DNA from: a virus
Lineage: Duplodnaviria > Caudoviricetes
IMG/VR virus record: IMGVR_UViG_3300028886_000037
Span: 183,924-247,923 of that record
Direction: 5' to 3' (one strand)
DNA length: 64,000 bases
Positions 18,683 to 27,379 of the stretch are shown one piece after another (the stretch's first letter is position 1; each line of letters starts with the position of its first letter). The position numbers were made by a program, and so were the translations under genes. The notes beneath the pieces are model-generated. The model was given only the letters and a program-made list of their open reading frames with translations. It made no database searches and was not told the DNA's origin.

Positions 18683-19582
18683 TTACGGCACGTAGAGAAT
18701 CGTCGGGTTGTCTTTGTGGATGTCTGGCTTCTCGAGGTAGAAGTTGTAAGCCAAGCACATAGACTTCCAGTGATCTTCGAAGTTTTCGAAGATGAACGTG
18801 TCGTTCTTGACGTGAACGATAGTCTTGTTCTTGTCCTTGATGTCGATCGCCATGATTGCGCCACGCTTTTCGTGGAAGGCAGTGAACCAGTCGAGACGCT
18901 TGAGATTCTTTCCAGTGAGCGAGAAGTGCGTGTACTCGGGATCACGTTCGAACTGCGGGATAGCAGCGGGGATGTCGTTCTCGATCACGTACTGATTCCA
19001 GCTCTTTTCGAAGCTGTTGCAGTTGAACGGATGAGGAATGAGATGAACGCCAGACTTGCTGGGAATTCTCGGAAGAGGCATCAGAATAGCCTGGCTGCTT
19101 GCATACGGCTCGCATTCGAAGATGAGCTGTTCGATCTTGTCGAGGTGCGGCTTATGTTCAGCGTCGCAGTCCACGATCCAAGTCTTGTTGCCCTTTCCAG
19201 CGCAGTTAGCGAGGCCAGCAGCAGAAGCGACGAGATGGAACGGAGAAGAGAAGCTCTGTCCAGAGATTTCCTGTTCCGCGATGTGCTTGAGCATGTGAAG
19301 CGAGATCTGCTTGTAGTTGCGCTTGTTGAGACGGATGTAAGCTCTAACGTTGAACGTCTGGCAGATCTTGATGATGTCGTCCTTGCGCTGTTCCAAGTGG
19401 TCTACCGAAGTGATGAAGTAGTCCTTGATGCTGCGGCTGTGCATGTTGCCATGATACGCAGGATCCGGAATTCCATCGATCATCGGGTCATCGGATTGAC
19501 GACGGAGAAGTTGAACGTAGTAGCAGTCGCCTTCATTCTCGAAGGTGAGAAGCCGCTTGATGATTTCGAAGTTGTCGACCAT
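18683..19582 (-). CDS. archaeo-eukaryotic primase (AEP)-superfamily-like protein
   Basis: WIVDCD (DxD) and PSKSGVHL (SxxGxH) motifs. Confidence 0.55.
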   Translation of the reverse strand: MVDNFEIIKRLLTFENEGDCYYVQLLRRQSDDPMIDGIPDPAYHGNMHSRSIKDYFITSVDHLEQRKDDIIKICQTFNVRAYIRLNKRNYKQISLHMLKHIAEQEISGQSFSSPFHLVASAAGLANCAGKGNKTWIVDCDAEHKPHLDKIEQLIFECEPYASSQAILMPLPRIPSKSGVHLIPHPFNCNSFEKSWNQYVIENDIPAAIPQFERDPEYTHFSLTGKNLKRLDWFTAFHEKRGAIMAIDIKDKNKTIVHVKNDTFIFENFEDHWKSMCLAYNFYLEKPDIHKDNPTILYVP

Positions 19583-19612
19583 TTAGGCCTCCTAGTTGAA
19601 GTTTACATGATC

Positions 19613-19641
19613 AATATAGAATCTTCAAGCCGTTTTGTAAA
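19613..19641 (-). promoter_or_regulatory. early promoter TTTACA-17-TATATT
   Basis: Consensus match. Confidence 0.8.
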
Positions 19642-19650
19642 TGGGTAAAT

Positions 19651-19920
19651 TTACTGTTCTCCGTAAGTATAGATGAATTTTCCTGCCAAGCTCTTCGAAA
19701 TGTCCAGGAACTTGAGCCCTGCGATCTTGAGCGGAAGTCGGTACTTCTCGTTGCAAGCTACCTTAGCGTAGTGCTTGAACTGCTCTCCGCTCTCGTAGTC
19801 GTTCTCTACCCACTTGACGAGTTCGCAGTCATAACCAGACAGCGCAAGCAGGAATTCACTCTGTACATTCGCAAATGCCGCAAAAGCGAGCACGCAGATG
19901 ATAGTCATTGTTCTCTTCAT
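19651..19920 (-). CDS. secreted small protein
   Basis: Signal peptide ending AFA. Confidence 0.7.
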   Translation of the reverse strand: MKRTMTIICVLAFAAFANVQSEFLLALSGYDCELVKWVENDYESGEQFKHYAKVACNEKYRLPLKIAGLKFLDISKSLAGKFIYTYGEQ

Positions 19921-19932
19921 GTTTTCTTCCTT

Positions 19933-20235
19933 CTATCGGAGGTTCTTCAGCTTCAGCTTCAGCATCTCGATGTCGACCAAGAGCTGAAGTCTGCGAGCCT
20001 CTTTTTCTCCGAATGTTGAATTTATAAGCTTCTTTCGGCTCTCTGTGTAGTTGTGATGGAACGTGATCGTGTCCGACTTGTAGAAGTTCCACAGCCACTT
20101 GTTGATCGTTCGATGCGCAGTGAATCTCACAGTCAACGGAATCCCCTTGATGTAGAACTTCACGAACTTTACGTCCACGTCCCAGTCTTTTGTCTCGAAA
20201 AACTTACTCATGGTCCTTCTTGTCTCGATCTTCAA
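19933..20235 (-). CDS. hypothetical protein (likely start MSKFF)
   Basis: ORF. Confidence 0.65.
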   Translation of the reverse strand: MKIETRRTMSKFFETKDWDVDVKFVKFYIKGIPLTVRFTAHRTINKWLWNFYKSDTITFHHNYTESRKKLINSTFGEKEARRLQLLVDIEMLKLKLKNLR

Positions 20236-20398
20236 GCTTAGCTAAGATGTAAGCCAGTGTAGCGACTACGCCAGAGCCAACGCCTAGAACTACTGCAGCA
20301 GATGTAGGAAGCTTATCAAGTCCGCAGATGTTCCTGACGGCAATTTCCATGCCACTCACTACAATGAACATTCCCAAGTAGAACCACAAATTTCTCAT
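20204..20398 (-). CDS. small 2-TM membrane protein
   Basis: Hydrophobic segments. Confidence 0.65.
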   Translation of the reverse strand: MRNLWFYLGMFIVVSGMEIAVRNICGLDKLPTSAAVVLGVGSGVVATLAYILAKLEDRDKKDHE

Positions 20399-20679
20399 TC
20401 CTCTACCTCATACTCAGTGTGGATCTTCAACTCTTTTACTGTACAAGAGCTCATTATATCAGCGAGTAGCTTTTCCGAGTTCCAACGCATAGTGTTTCTA
20501 TCTCTCTCTTTATTTCGTTTGATTGCAGACTCAGCTAAGTCACGAATAGAAAAACGTGTCGCTTTTACTGGATCATCAGTGAGATATTCAAATTCGAGTG
20601 GAGTAGCATTCTGAATCGAGAAGTACTTTCCACTTTCGTGCTTTAGGATATATCCTGTTTAGTCTCTTGTGTAGATCAT
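20395..20679 (-). pseudogene. paralog of 528-797 family interrupted by in-frame TAA at codon 7 (20659-20661)
   Basis: MIYTRD*TGYILKHESGKYFSI...YLTDDPVKATRF...EYEVEE; ATGA overlaps with both neighbours. Confidence 0.7.
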
Positions 20680-21500
20680 TTTTGTTTTCCTTTTCTGAAT
20701 GATGTCTTTGGATCGAAACCATAGGCTTTGATCCTCGTGATGTCGTCGCCAACGGGGACGACTGCGTCGTCTGGCCTTGCGTGGCTGTCTAACCAGTTCT
20801 CTAGTCTCAATAGAGCACGGTATGGATCCATGATCTTCTGGAACCCTATGGATTTCAGGCAGATGTTCTTGAAGATCCATATACGGCGCTTATCGCGATT
20901 TAACGTGTACTTGGATTGAACTGGAAATACGGCCATGAAGATCGGACCGAACTTGTCGAACGCTTCGTCCTTCCAGAACTCGGTCTCTTCTGGATTCTTG
21001 AATTCCTTGTTGAGAACGTTCGCTGGAATCTTGATGCCGCAGTGACGGTCGAAGTCGATCTCGAAAGACGAGTATCTCTTCACAGTCTCGAAAGAAGTCG
21101 GCATCACGTTTCTCTTGACTCCCGGATCGAAGAACGAGCCCCAGTTCTGATACTTCAACGGCTCTTCGATAGCGCCAGGATCCAAGCGTGACCATACCAT
21201 CTCTCCGAACGTTCCGCCCGCAGCTACGAAAGGATAATAGTGTCCAGCGAATCCCACCCAAAAGCTGTAGAGTTCAAGATGAGCCGATGGACTAAATTTC
21301 AGCATACGGTCTGGATCGCAGTCTCTTATGAAGGACTCTGCGCTGTATAGCCTTCCATCGAAGTCCTCGCCGAGAGAAGTCAGTTCTCTCGGATCATAGC
21401 TCACGATCTCTGGCGTGCGGTTGTATACTACGTCAGAGTCTGGAAATGATCCGATTGCGCTGTCGTAGTAGTCTTTGAACTTCGAGTTTATTTTGATCAT
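20676..21500 (-). CDS. conserved phage hypothetical protein
   Basis: I.SKFKDYYD...GFD.KTSFR pattern. Confidence 0.8.
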   Translation of the reverse strand: MIKINSKFKDYYDSAIGSFPDSDVVYNRTPEIVSYDPRELTSLGEDFDGRLYSAESFIRDCDPDRMLKFSPSAHLELYSFWVGFAGHYYPFVAAGGTFGEMVWSRLDPGAIEEPLKYQNWGSFFDPGVKRNVMPTSFETVKRYSSFEIDFDRHCGIKIPANVLNKEFKNPEETEFWKDEAFDKFGPIFMAVFPVQSKYTLNRDKRRIWIFKNICLKSIGFQKIMDPYRALLRLENWLDSHARPDDAVVPVGDDITRIKAYGFDPKTSFRKGKQK

Positions 21501-21691
21501 ACTTGCTCTTCCTCTGAGTATACGTTGTCAACAACTATCTTTATCGTAAGCTTCTGTGCGAACTTATCTCGCATTGCTTTTAGAGCGCTCTTCAAATCGA
21601 TCTGGTGCTCAATCAGAATGTTCTTGTGTTCCCATTCAGAGTCCCAGATGTTGCGGTATCTCACAGTGAATAGATAGGTTCTAAGTTTCAT
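21497..21691 (-). CDS. hypothetical protein, probably near-leaderless mRNA
   Basis: ATG 8 nt after -10 box. Confidence 0.6.
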   Translation of the reverse strand: MKLRTYLFTVRYRNIWDSEWEHKNILIEHQIDLKSALKAMRDKFAQKLTIKIVVDNVYSEEEQV

Positions 21692-21699
21692 ACGTTCAA

Positions 21700-21737
21700 A
21701 ATATACAAAAAGTCCGGGCTCTTGTAAACCCGGACTT
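21700..21737 (-). promoter_or_regulatory. early promoter TTTACA-17-TATATT nested in terminator hairpin
   Basis: Stem AAGTCCGGG/CCCGGACTT, -35 in loop. Confidence 0.8.
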
Positions 21738-21760
21738 CCCATTTAACATATCGGAGGTTT

Positions 21761-21943
21761 TTAGACTTTTACGGTCTTCGTCTTGTCAAGCTCGACGGAC
21801 TGGATCTGGAAGATATGCCCGTAGGATTCTCTCAGGAATGCCTGAAGTTCACTACGGACCGTCTCTTCATCCTTTCCATAGCGCTTGAAGACTTCGGCTT
21901 CGCCGCCAATGAGGACTTCGCAGCGGTAACGCTTCTTACTCAC
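21761..21943 (-). CDS. small hypothetical protein
   Basis: GTGA overlap with upstream gene. Confidence 0.65.
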   Translation of the reverse strand: MSKKRYRCEVLIGGEAEVFKRYGKDEETVRSELQAFLRESYGHIFQIQSVELDKTKTVKV

Positions 21944-23445
21944 TTGATGACCTCATAGCGCTTGGAAAGCAGAGTTTCCTTCAAGACTTCGAACGGATCG
22001 AGCTTGTTAGAGAGCGCCATGTTGAGCACGTTCTGGCTGAAGCCAGAGAGGAGCTTGAGACCATACTTGTTCTCCTGAAGCGGAACTGCGTTGGTGCGAG
22101 AGTTGACGTTCCAGAAGACCATGCCCGGAAGATCGTAACCTTCTGCCTTGTACTTCTGACGGATGGACTCGAACACGGTCGGCAGATCCTTCGTGGAAGT
22201 TCTCTGCCAGCTGTAGCAAGAGCAAGTAGTTGCAGAGTCGAACTCCATGTCGGAGATGATCAGCACATCCGGGATCTGGTCCTGCTTCATGTGATTGCTC
22301 TTAGCCACGTTCAGGATGAGATCCATAGTGGCCTCGATGTCAGTGTTGGAGCAGTCTGCTTCTCGGTAAGCCAAGTTCATCTTGTCTCGAAGAGTCATCT
22401 TCTGACCGAACTTCACGAGCTTCGGCTTGTTACCGAAGGTGATGAACTCGTTCTCGAAGCCAGGAGCAGCGTGCTCAGAGCAGTAGATTGCGAGAGCAGT
22501 TGCGACGTCGAGCGCATGGACACTAGTACCGCCGACCGGGCATTCCATAGAGCCAGAGCCGTCGCGAACGACGATCATCGGCTTGGTCATCTCGATGGAC
22601 TTCAGGTTCTTCCACATACCCTCGAGCGCCGGATCGACGGTAGAGCTGTATTCTCCAGACTGACAGCGGTACTTGTATACCACTTCGTGCGGGAAAGCAG
22701 CAGAAGCGTTGATCTTGGCTTCGCCCTTGGTTAGCTTACCGAGGAATTCACGACGACGAGCTTCGTCATGCTTGAGGAACGCGTCCTTGTACTTCAGGTT
22801 AGCATGAGACGGAACAGCTTCGTAGTTCACGTCGCTCCATTCGTTCTTACATAGCTTGACTTCGATCACATTCGAGTAAGCGCGAAGCTTGGAGAGAGTC
22901 TTACGATATTCCGACGGCTTCATACCGAGGAGTGCGCAAAGCTTGTTAGCCTTAGCGACCGTTTCCTTGGAGGAAGTGTTCACAGACGGCATCCACTTAG
23001 CGAGCAGCGAGATCGGCTTTCCGGCCTTCATATCGGCGAGATCGATGTCGAGACGTTCCTTGATTAGTTCCACGACTTCCTTCTCGACAGCGGTGCCGAG
23101 CAGTTCAGTCACGATGTCCCAGCGAGAGTAGTCCGGGATGAACTTGATCAACCACGGGTACTTCGGCAAGACGTTCTTGACGAGGATCTTGAACAGACGG
23201 CGCTCGCCGAGACCTTCACGAACGTCACCCGCATAGAACATCCACTTGATAGCGAGTTCCGGGGTTTCTGCGAAAGCCTTCAGAAAGTCAGACAAGATAG
23301 TGCCCTCGTCCGCAGTGCGGTAAGACGCTACCTTGTAGTTCATATCCAAGAGGGCGTGGCCAGAGGTTTCATAACCGACACCACCGTTCTCGGTGAGAGT
23401 CTTGTTATTCTTGAGGATCTTTTCCATTTTGGAATAGAATGACAT
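21940..23445 (-). CDS. DUF2828 / TROVE-like protein with C-terminal vWA (MIDAS) domain
   Basis: TENG, DVREGLGER, SLLAKWMPS, VRDGSGSM, IISDMEFD, VFWNV, LSGFS motifs; start corrected to 23445 (SD GAAGGAAG). Confidence 0.85.
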   Translation of the reverse strand: MSFYSKMEKILKNNKTLTENGGVGYETSGHALLDMNYKVASYRTADEGTILSDFLKAFAETPELAIKWMFYAGDVREGLGERRLFKILVKNVLPKYPWLIKFIPDYSRWDIVTELLGTAVEKEVVELIKERLDIDLADMKAGKPISLLAKWMPSVNTSSKETVAKANKLCALLGMKPSEYRKTLSKLRAYSNVIEVKLCKNEWSDVNYEAVPSHANLKYKDAFLKHDEARRREFLGKLTKGEAKINASAAFPHEVVYKYRCQSGEYSSTVDPALEGMWKNLKSIEMTKPMIVVRDGSGSMECPVGGTSVHALDVATALAIYCSEHAAPGFENEFITFGNKPKLVKFGQKMTLRDKMNLAYREADCSNTDIEATMDLILNVAKSNHMKQDQIPDVLIISDMEFDSATTCSCYSWQRTSTKDLPTVFESIRQKYKAEGYDLPGMVFWNVNSRTNAVPLQENKYGLKLLSGFSQNVLNMALSNKLDPFEVLKETLLSKRYEVIK

Positions 23446-23454
23446 TTGAGTTAC

Positions 23455-23542
23455 TTCCTTCGGTTCAAAGTTGACGAGATGGAATTTGATTGTGCGAACC
23501 ATGCATAAAAAAAAATTGCTGTGACCATCTCTCGTTTTGTGT
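23455..23542 (-). ncRNA. candidate structured 5' leader of the DUF2828 gene
   Basis: Stem ACGAGA(GA)TGG/CCATCTCGT enclosing CACAGCAA, U9 and GGTTCG, which can pair with TGAACC next to the SD. Confidence 0.45.
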
Positions 23543-23547
23543 TCTAC

Positions 23548-23576
23548 AATATAGAAAACTTTTGCGGATCTGTAAA
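23548..23576 (-). promoter_or_regulatory. early promoter TTTACA-17-TATATT
   Basis: Consensus match. Confidence 0.8.
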
Positions 23577-23590
23577 TAGTAAACTTTATT

Positions 23591-23776
23591 TTACAGAAGA
23601 TCGATCGTCGGCTGGACTAGTTCAGTGCTGCCGTTCGGACGCACCAGAACACCAGCTTCGACATAGTTGTTCTCGTCCTTTATCTGGTACTGATGGATCA
23701 TGGAAACCCAACCAGTCTTAGTGATCTTTACTCCATTGAGTTCGTTCGTCTTTCTCTTATTCGTCGTTGTCGCCAT
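23591..23776 (-). CDS. small hypothetical protein
   Basis: ORF, SD AAGGAG. Confidence 0.6.
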   Translation of the reverse strand: MATTTNKRKTNELNGVKITKTGWVSMIHQYQIKDENNYVEAGVLVRPNGSTELVQPTIDLL

Positions 23777-24911
23777 CGTTGTCTCCTTGTGATTTGAGTT
23801 CTTCTACTGCGAACTTGAAGACGAGATCGTTGATCTTCCTTCCAGTCGCTAAGTTGATTGCCAGGCAAGCGTATCTCTTGCCCATGATTTCCACAGCCTT
23901 CTCGTATCGCTCACGGCCTTCAAGATTCAATAGCTCAGCAGCAGAATCTTCAGCCTTAAATTTGATCTCTTCGCATTTACGTTCAAGTTTATCAGCGTAT
24001 TCACGCATATCCCAGAGCTCTTCCGGAATCATCTTTTTGTACTCTGGCTCTACTATCAATGCTTCTTTATCGAAGTGAGCACGGATGTCCTTCTTAGAGA
24101 TCGCAGACATCATCTTGAACTTCTCTAGATATTCTACGCCCTTGATCTTCATCTTGAACCCGGACGAGAATGTCACTACGAATCCCTCGTGATCTACGTC
24201 AAGCTTCTTAGCCTGTTCGATCATCTTCTCCATCGAGTCGAAGTAGATCATTTCAGAGTAACGGATGTCCAGCTTGTAAGCGAGATCCGCGATCTCGACC
24301 ATCTCTGCCTCTGTGTGATTCTCGTCGAAGAATCCCAACAGAACCAAGCCCTCGTAGTCGTAGTGACATACGTGCGGATCTTCGTTGGAGATGATCTCGA
24401 AGCAGTAAGTCCAGTCCTTGTCCAAGTGCAATTCCTTTCGGTCATTGTCGATCTTAGTGTCGAACCAGTTCTGAGCCCACTTAGCCTGATCTGAGTCGAA
24501 GGATCCAGCAGTCTTGATGATCCACTTATCCTCGTAGTAGAACAAGATTCCGAGCGAGCCGTCAAGCTTGTCCATAGCACGGAAGTTCTTCGTGATCCTC
24601 GGCTCAAACCCGTGTCCCAGTCTCGTGAGAGTTTCTCCGAGCTTAGTGAGACGCATGTAGCCGTCATCAGTAGTCACGTCGTAGATCTCTTCGTAGTTGA
24701 AGAACTTGTTGAACGGATGAGCGATGATGTCGCCCGTAGACTTATCGAACACGATGCCACGGCACTGGAGAGTGATCTCGTCCCAAGCGCCGTCGTATAC
24801 GGTCTGTCGAGAGTACTTGAAGCCGACAAGCTTTCCGTCAGCAGACTCGTGCTTGTCGAGCCATCCGAGATCTGCATATTCTAAGCACTTTTCAAGAGTT
24901 AATTCGTTCAT
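23757..24911 (-). CDS. rnlA: T4 RNA ligase 1-like
   Basis: QCRGIVFD, HPFNKFFN, DKLDGSL, FEII, EGFVV, KIKG; start MNELTLE. Confidence 0.9.
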   Translation of the reverse strand: MNELTLEKCLEYADLGWLDKHESADGKLVGFKYSRQTVYDGAWDEITLQCRGIVFDKSTGDIIAHPFNKFFNYEEIYDVTTDDGYMRLTKLGETLTRLGHGFEPRITKNFRAMDKLDGSLGILFYYEDKWIIKTAGSFDSDQAKWAQNWFDTKIDNDRKELHLDKDWTYCFEIISNEDPHVCHYDYEGLVLLGFFDENHTEAEMVEIADLAYKLDIRYSEMIYFDSMEKMIEQAKKLDVDHEGFVVTFSSGFKMKIKGVEYLEKFKMMSAISKKDIRAHFDKEALIVEPEYKKMIPEELWDMREYADKLERKCEEIKFKAEDSAAELLNLEGRERYEKAVEIMGKRYACLAINLATGRKINDLVFKFAVEELKSQGDNDGDNDE

Positions 24912-25243
24912 GCTATTTCCTCGCCTTTCCACTCGAGAACCGGAGTGGTAGAGTGTGAGTAGGGATCCGGGTTCGGTTCAATTGACAGATTTTGTCGGAC
25001 CTCTTTCTCGACTACTTCAGCAGCGATACGCTTGATCATGTCGTTCAAGGACTCGTTCTTAAGAGCGTCGTAGCGAGCCTGCAAGTCCTTTTCACGTTGG
25101 AGAAAGAACTTCTTCTGTTCTTCGAGCTCATACTGCATGCAGCGGAGAGTCTCTTCGGTCAATACGGAAGCGAGCTTATTCGCACGATCGATGCTGATCT
25201 TGAGGTGTTCTCGTAAGAGAAATGCGAACATCGGAGTTTTCAT
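24908..25243 (-). CDS. hypothetical protein
   Basis: ORF after promoter. Confidence 0.75.
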   Translation of the reverse strand: MKTPMFAFLLREHLKISIDRANKLASVLTEETLRCMQYELEEQKKFFLQREKDLQARYDALKNESLNDMIKRIAAEVVEKEVRQNLSIEPNPDPYSHSTTPVLEWKGEEIA

Positions 25244-25273
25244 AGTAGTGGTCCTTGTTGAAGTTACATATAC

Positions 25274-25302
25274 AATATAGGCATTTTCGGCCTATTTGTA
25301 AA
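25274..25302 (-). promoter_or_regulatory. early promoter TTTACA-17-TATATT
   Basis: Consensus match. Confidence 0.8.
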
Positions 25303-25310
25303 TAGTGAAA

Positions 25311-25853
25311 CTAAGAATTTTCAAGCATTTTGTCGTGATCTTCGCACAATTTGTCGAATTCTCTGTCATCGCATAGAATCATATCCAGGCTGACCAGTGC
25401 AGACTTTGCGTCCGTGAACACGATGCCGCGAGAGTCTGGATGCGCCTTTACGTGCAGATCGACGTTGTCCCTGTTGTCATCGATCAGGATGTCGGACTCC
25501 TGGAGGAAGTGCCACTTGTCGATTCCCTTGTTGATGATCTCGATGTTCTGCATCTGGAACTCTGTACAGTTAGCAGCGATCCACTCGCGCTTACCCTTCT
25601 TGCCGTTGTGCAAGAAGATAGCAGAAGCGATGCCAAGCTCTAAGTCCGGGTTCTGCTTTACCAGTTCGAGAAGAGCATTGTAGAGCTTGTGTCCCTCTTC
25701 GATCCACTTCATGTTCGACCAGAACTGCGGTCCTATCTTGTCCATCAGCTTCCAGTCGCACTTTCCGTTCTCTTTGATAGCGTGAAAGTTTTTCACTTGC
25801 CAGTCGAAGTCACAAAGCACTCCGTCCATGTCTAGCACGATTCGTCTTTTCAT
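25311..25853 (-). CDS. HAD-family 5'(3')-nucleotidase (NT5C-like)
   Basis: LDMDGVLCDF, GKREWI, ILIDD. Confidence 0.85.
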   Translation of the reverse strand: MKRRIVLDMDGVLCDFDWQVKNFHAIKENGKCDWKLMDKIGPQFWSNMKWIEEGHKLYNALLELVKQNPDLELGIASAIFLHNGKKGKREWIAANCTEFQMQNIEIINKGIDKWHFLQESDILIDDNRDNVDLHVKAHPDSRGIVFTDAKSALVSLDMILCDDREFDKLCEDHDKMLENS

Positions 25854-25862
25854 AGTTGTCTC

Positions 25863-26030
25863 TTATAAGTTTTCTGAGAGGATTTGTTCCGTGATCTCTT
25901 CCACTTTCTCTTCTGCCTTTATCGCATTGAGCTTCTCGTCGGTGACCACGTCAGTGTCGAATCGATCAACGTGCATGATCATCCGCTTGAGCTCTTCTGC
26001 GTGAAAGACAGACAGCATGGAGTCGCTCAT
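25863..26030 (-). CDS. small hypothetical protein (start MSDSML)
   Basis: TAATG overlap with upstream peptide gene. Confidence 0.6.
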   Translation of the reverse strand: MSDSMLSVFHAEELKRMIMHVDRFDTDVVTDEKLNAIKAEEKVEEITEQILSENL

Positions 26031-26173
26031 TACGGGCACCACCACGGAGTATCACAGCCCTCTTTCTCTTCAGGCGGTTCCCAATACGGATTGTCTCCAG
26101 ATCCTGCCAAGAGCTGTTCGTGGCTACCCATGTCGATGATGTCCATTGTAGGCTTCACATAAGTCTTACGCAT
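26030..26173 (-). CDS. 47-aa RiPP-precursor-like peptide (YxKPxM leader, LLAGS)
   Basis: Manual translation MRKTYVKPTMDIIDMGSHEQLLAGSGDNPYWEPPEEKEGCDTPWWCP; SD AGGGA; overlaps both neighbours. Confidence 0.7.
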   Translation of the reverse strand: MRKTYVKPTMDIIDMGSHEQLLAGSGDNPYWEPPEEKEGCDTPWWCP

Positions 26174-26612
26174 TTTTGTCCCTTTGTATTGCTGTAATTA
26201 CGATTTCGCCAGGCCAGTCGATTTCCTTGGCCTTCATCTTTTCAAGGGTCTCTTCCGGAACGCCATGAACATTTCCAAACATGGTCTTCATGTGGAAGAC
26301 TTCCATCTTCGCGTTCTCAGAGCTAGCGATCTGCTGCCAGAGATCCATTTCTTTCTTCGAGAGGTTTGTGTTCGCGACGATCACAGTAGTGCAGTTGCGC
26401 AAGGCTTCACGAACCTTGTTGCGGCACCAAGCGTGCGCGTCCCCGAGTCTCTTCGGATCGAAGTGATACTGTCCGTCTTCTCCGATCCAGTACATGTCTG
26501 CTTCGTAGTAAGCTACAGTTTCACCCTGCTGGATGAGAGATTCCTGAAGCTTCTTTGCAGAAGTGGACTTGCCAGAGCCCGGGAGGCCACGATATACTAC
26601 CAGTCTTTTCAT
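26166..26612 (-). CDS. P-loop polynucleotide-kinase-like protein (AAA_33)
   Basis: RGLPGSGKST, YEADMY, VANTN, NVHGVP; start MKRLVV. Confidence 0.85.
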   Translation of the reverse strand: MKRLVVYRGLPGSGKSTSAKKLQESLIQQGETVAYYEADMYWIGEDGQYHFDPKRLGDAHAWCRNKVREALRNCTTVIVANTNLSKKEMDLWQQIASSENAKMEVFHMKTMFGNVHGVPEETLEKMKAKEIDWPGEIVITAIQRDKNA

Positions 26613-26623
26613 AGTTTCCTTTT

Positions 26624-26884
26624 TTAGTTGAAGTGTGTAGTTAGGTACTCGATAGTCTTGTAAGATACATAGAACCACGAGCAGAAAAAGTGCAGAATGT
26701 TCCAGCCGATTCCGTTGCCAACGAAGTGAGACAAGAAGGCAGCAGTCATACAGCCAAAGAACGGCATCTTGATCGTAAGTACGGGTCCTTTGTGATTCTT
26801 TAGCGTCTCGATCAGCTTCAGGAACAGTTCCTTCCAAGTGATCTTCGGCTTTTCCTCATATACGGATCCCAATTCATCTTCCAT
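26624..26884 (-). CDS. small membrane protein
   Basis: IGWNILHFFCSWFYV motif; SD GAGG. Confidence 0.7.
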   Translation of the reverse strand: MEDELGSVYEEKPKITWKELFLKLIETLKNHKGPVLTIKMPFFGCMTAAFLSHFVGNGIGWNILHFFCSWFYVSYKTIEYLTTHFN

Positions 26885-26901
26885 GTTATACCTCACTATT
26901 A

Positions 26902-26938
26902 AATATAAGAAAATTCCCGAGTCTTGTAAACCCGGGAA
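26902..26938 (-). promoter_or_regulatory. early promoter TTTACA-17-TATATT nested in terminator hairpin
   Basis: Stem TTCCCGGG/CTCGGGAA around -35. Confidence 0.8.
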
Positions 26939-26965
26939 CTTTCTGTATTAGGAGATAATACGGAA

Positions 26966-27379
26966 TTACTTGGTCTTCGGAAGCACCAGTTCTTTCGTCT
27001 TCAGATCGAACTGGAACACCTGAAGCGGATTCGCCTGACCCTGCTTAGTCTTCGGAAGGTTGCTCGGAGAGTCTACGATCTCTTCGTAAGTTGCGAACGG
27101 TTCGAAGTTCACGCGCTTCGTTCCGTCAGGAAGAACGATCGTCGTGTACGGATTCTTGCTAGTTACGCCTCTCCAGAGGTTTGTCTTGTAGTTGCCGTTC
27201 TTGTCGCGATCGAGCTTGAAGAATCCAGTAGCGACGCCCTTTCCCTCGTGAGTCACGATGTACTGCACGTCCTTGAGGTTCACCTTTGCGATGTTCCACC
27301 AAGCGAGCTTATGGATAGTGTTCAATCCCTTAGTGTGAATTGCGAGGATTTTGACGGTCTTGTTTTCTGTTTTTGTCAT
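26966..27379 (-). CDS. basic hypothetical protein
   Basis: ORF, SD AAGGA. Confidence 0.7.
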   Translation of the reverse strand: MTKTENKTVKILAIHTKGLNTIHKLAWWNIAKVNLKDVQYIVTHEGKGVATGFFKLDRDKNGNYKTNLWRGVTSKNPYTTIVLPDGTKRVNFEPFATYEEIVDSPSNLPKTKQGQANPLQVFQFDLKTKELVLPKTK

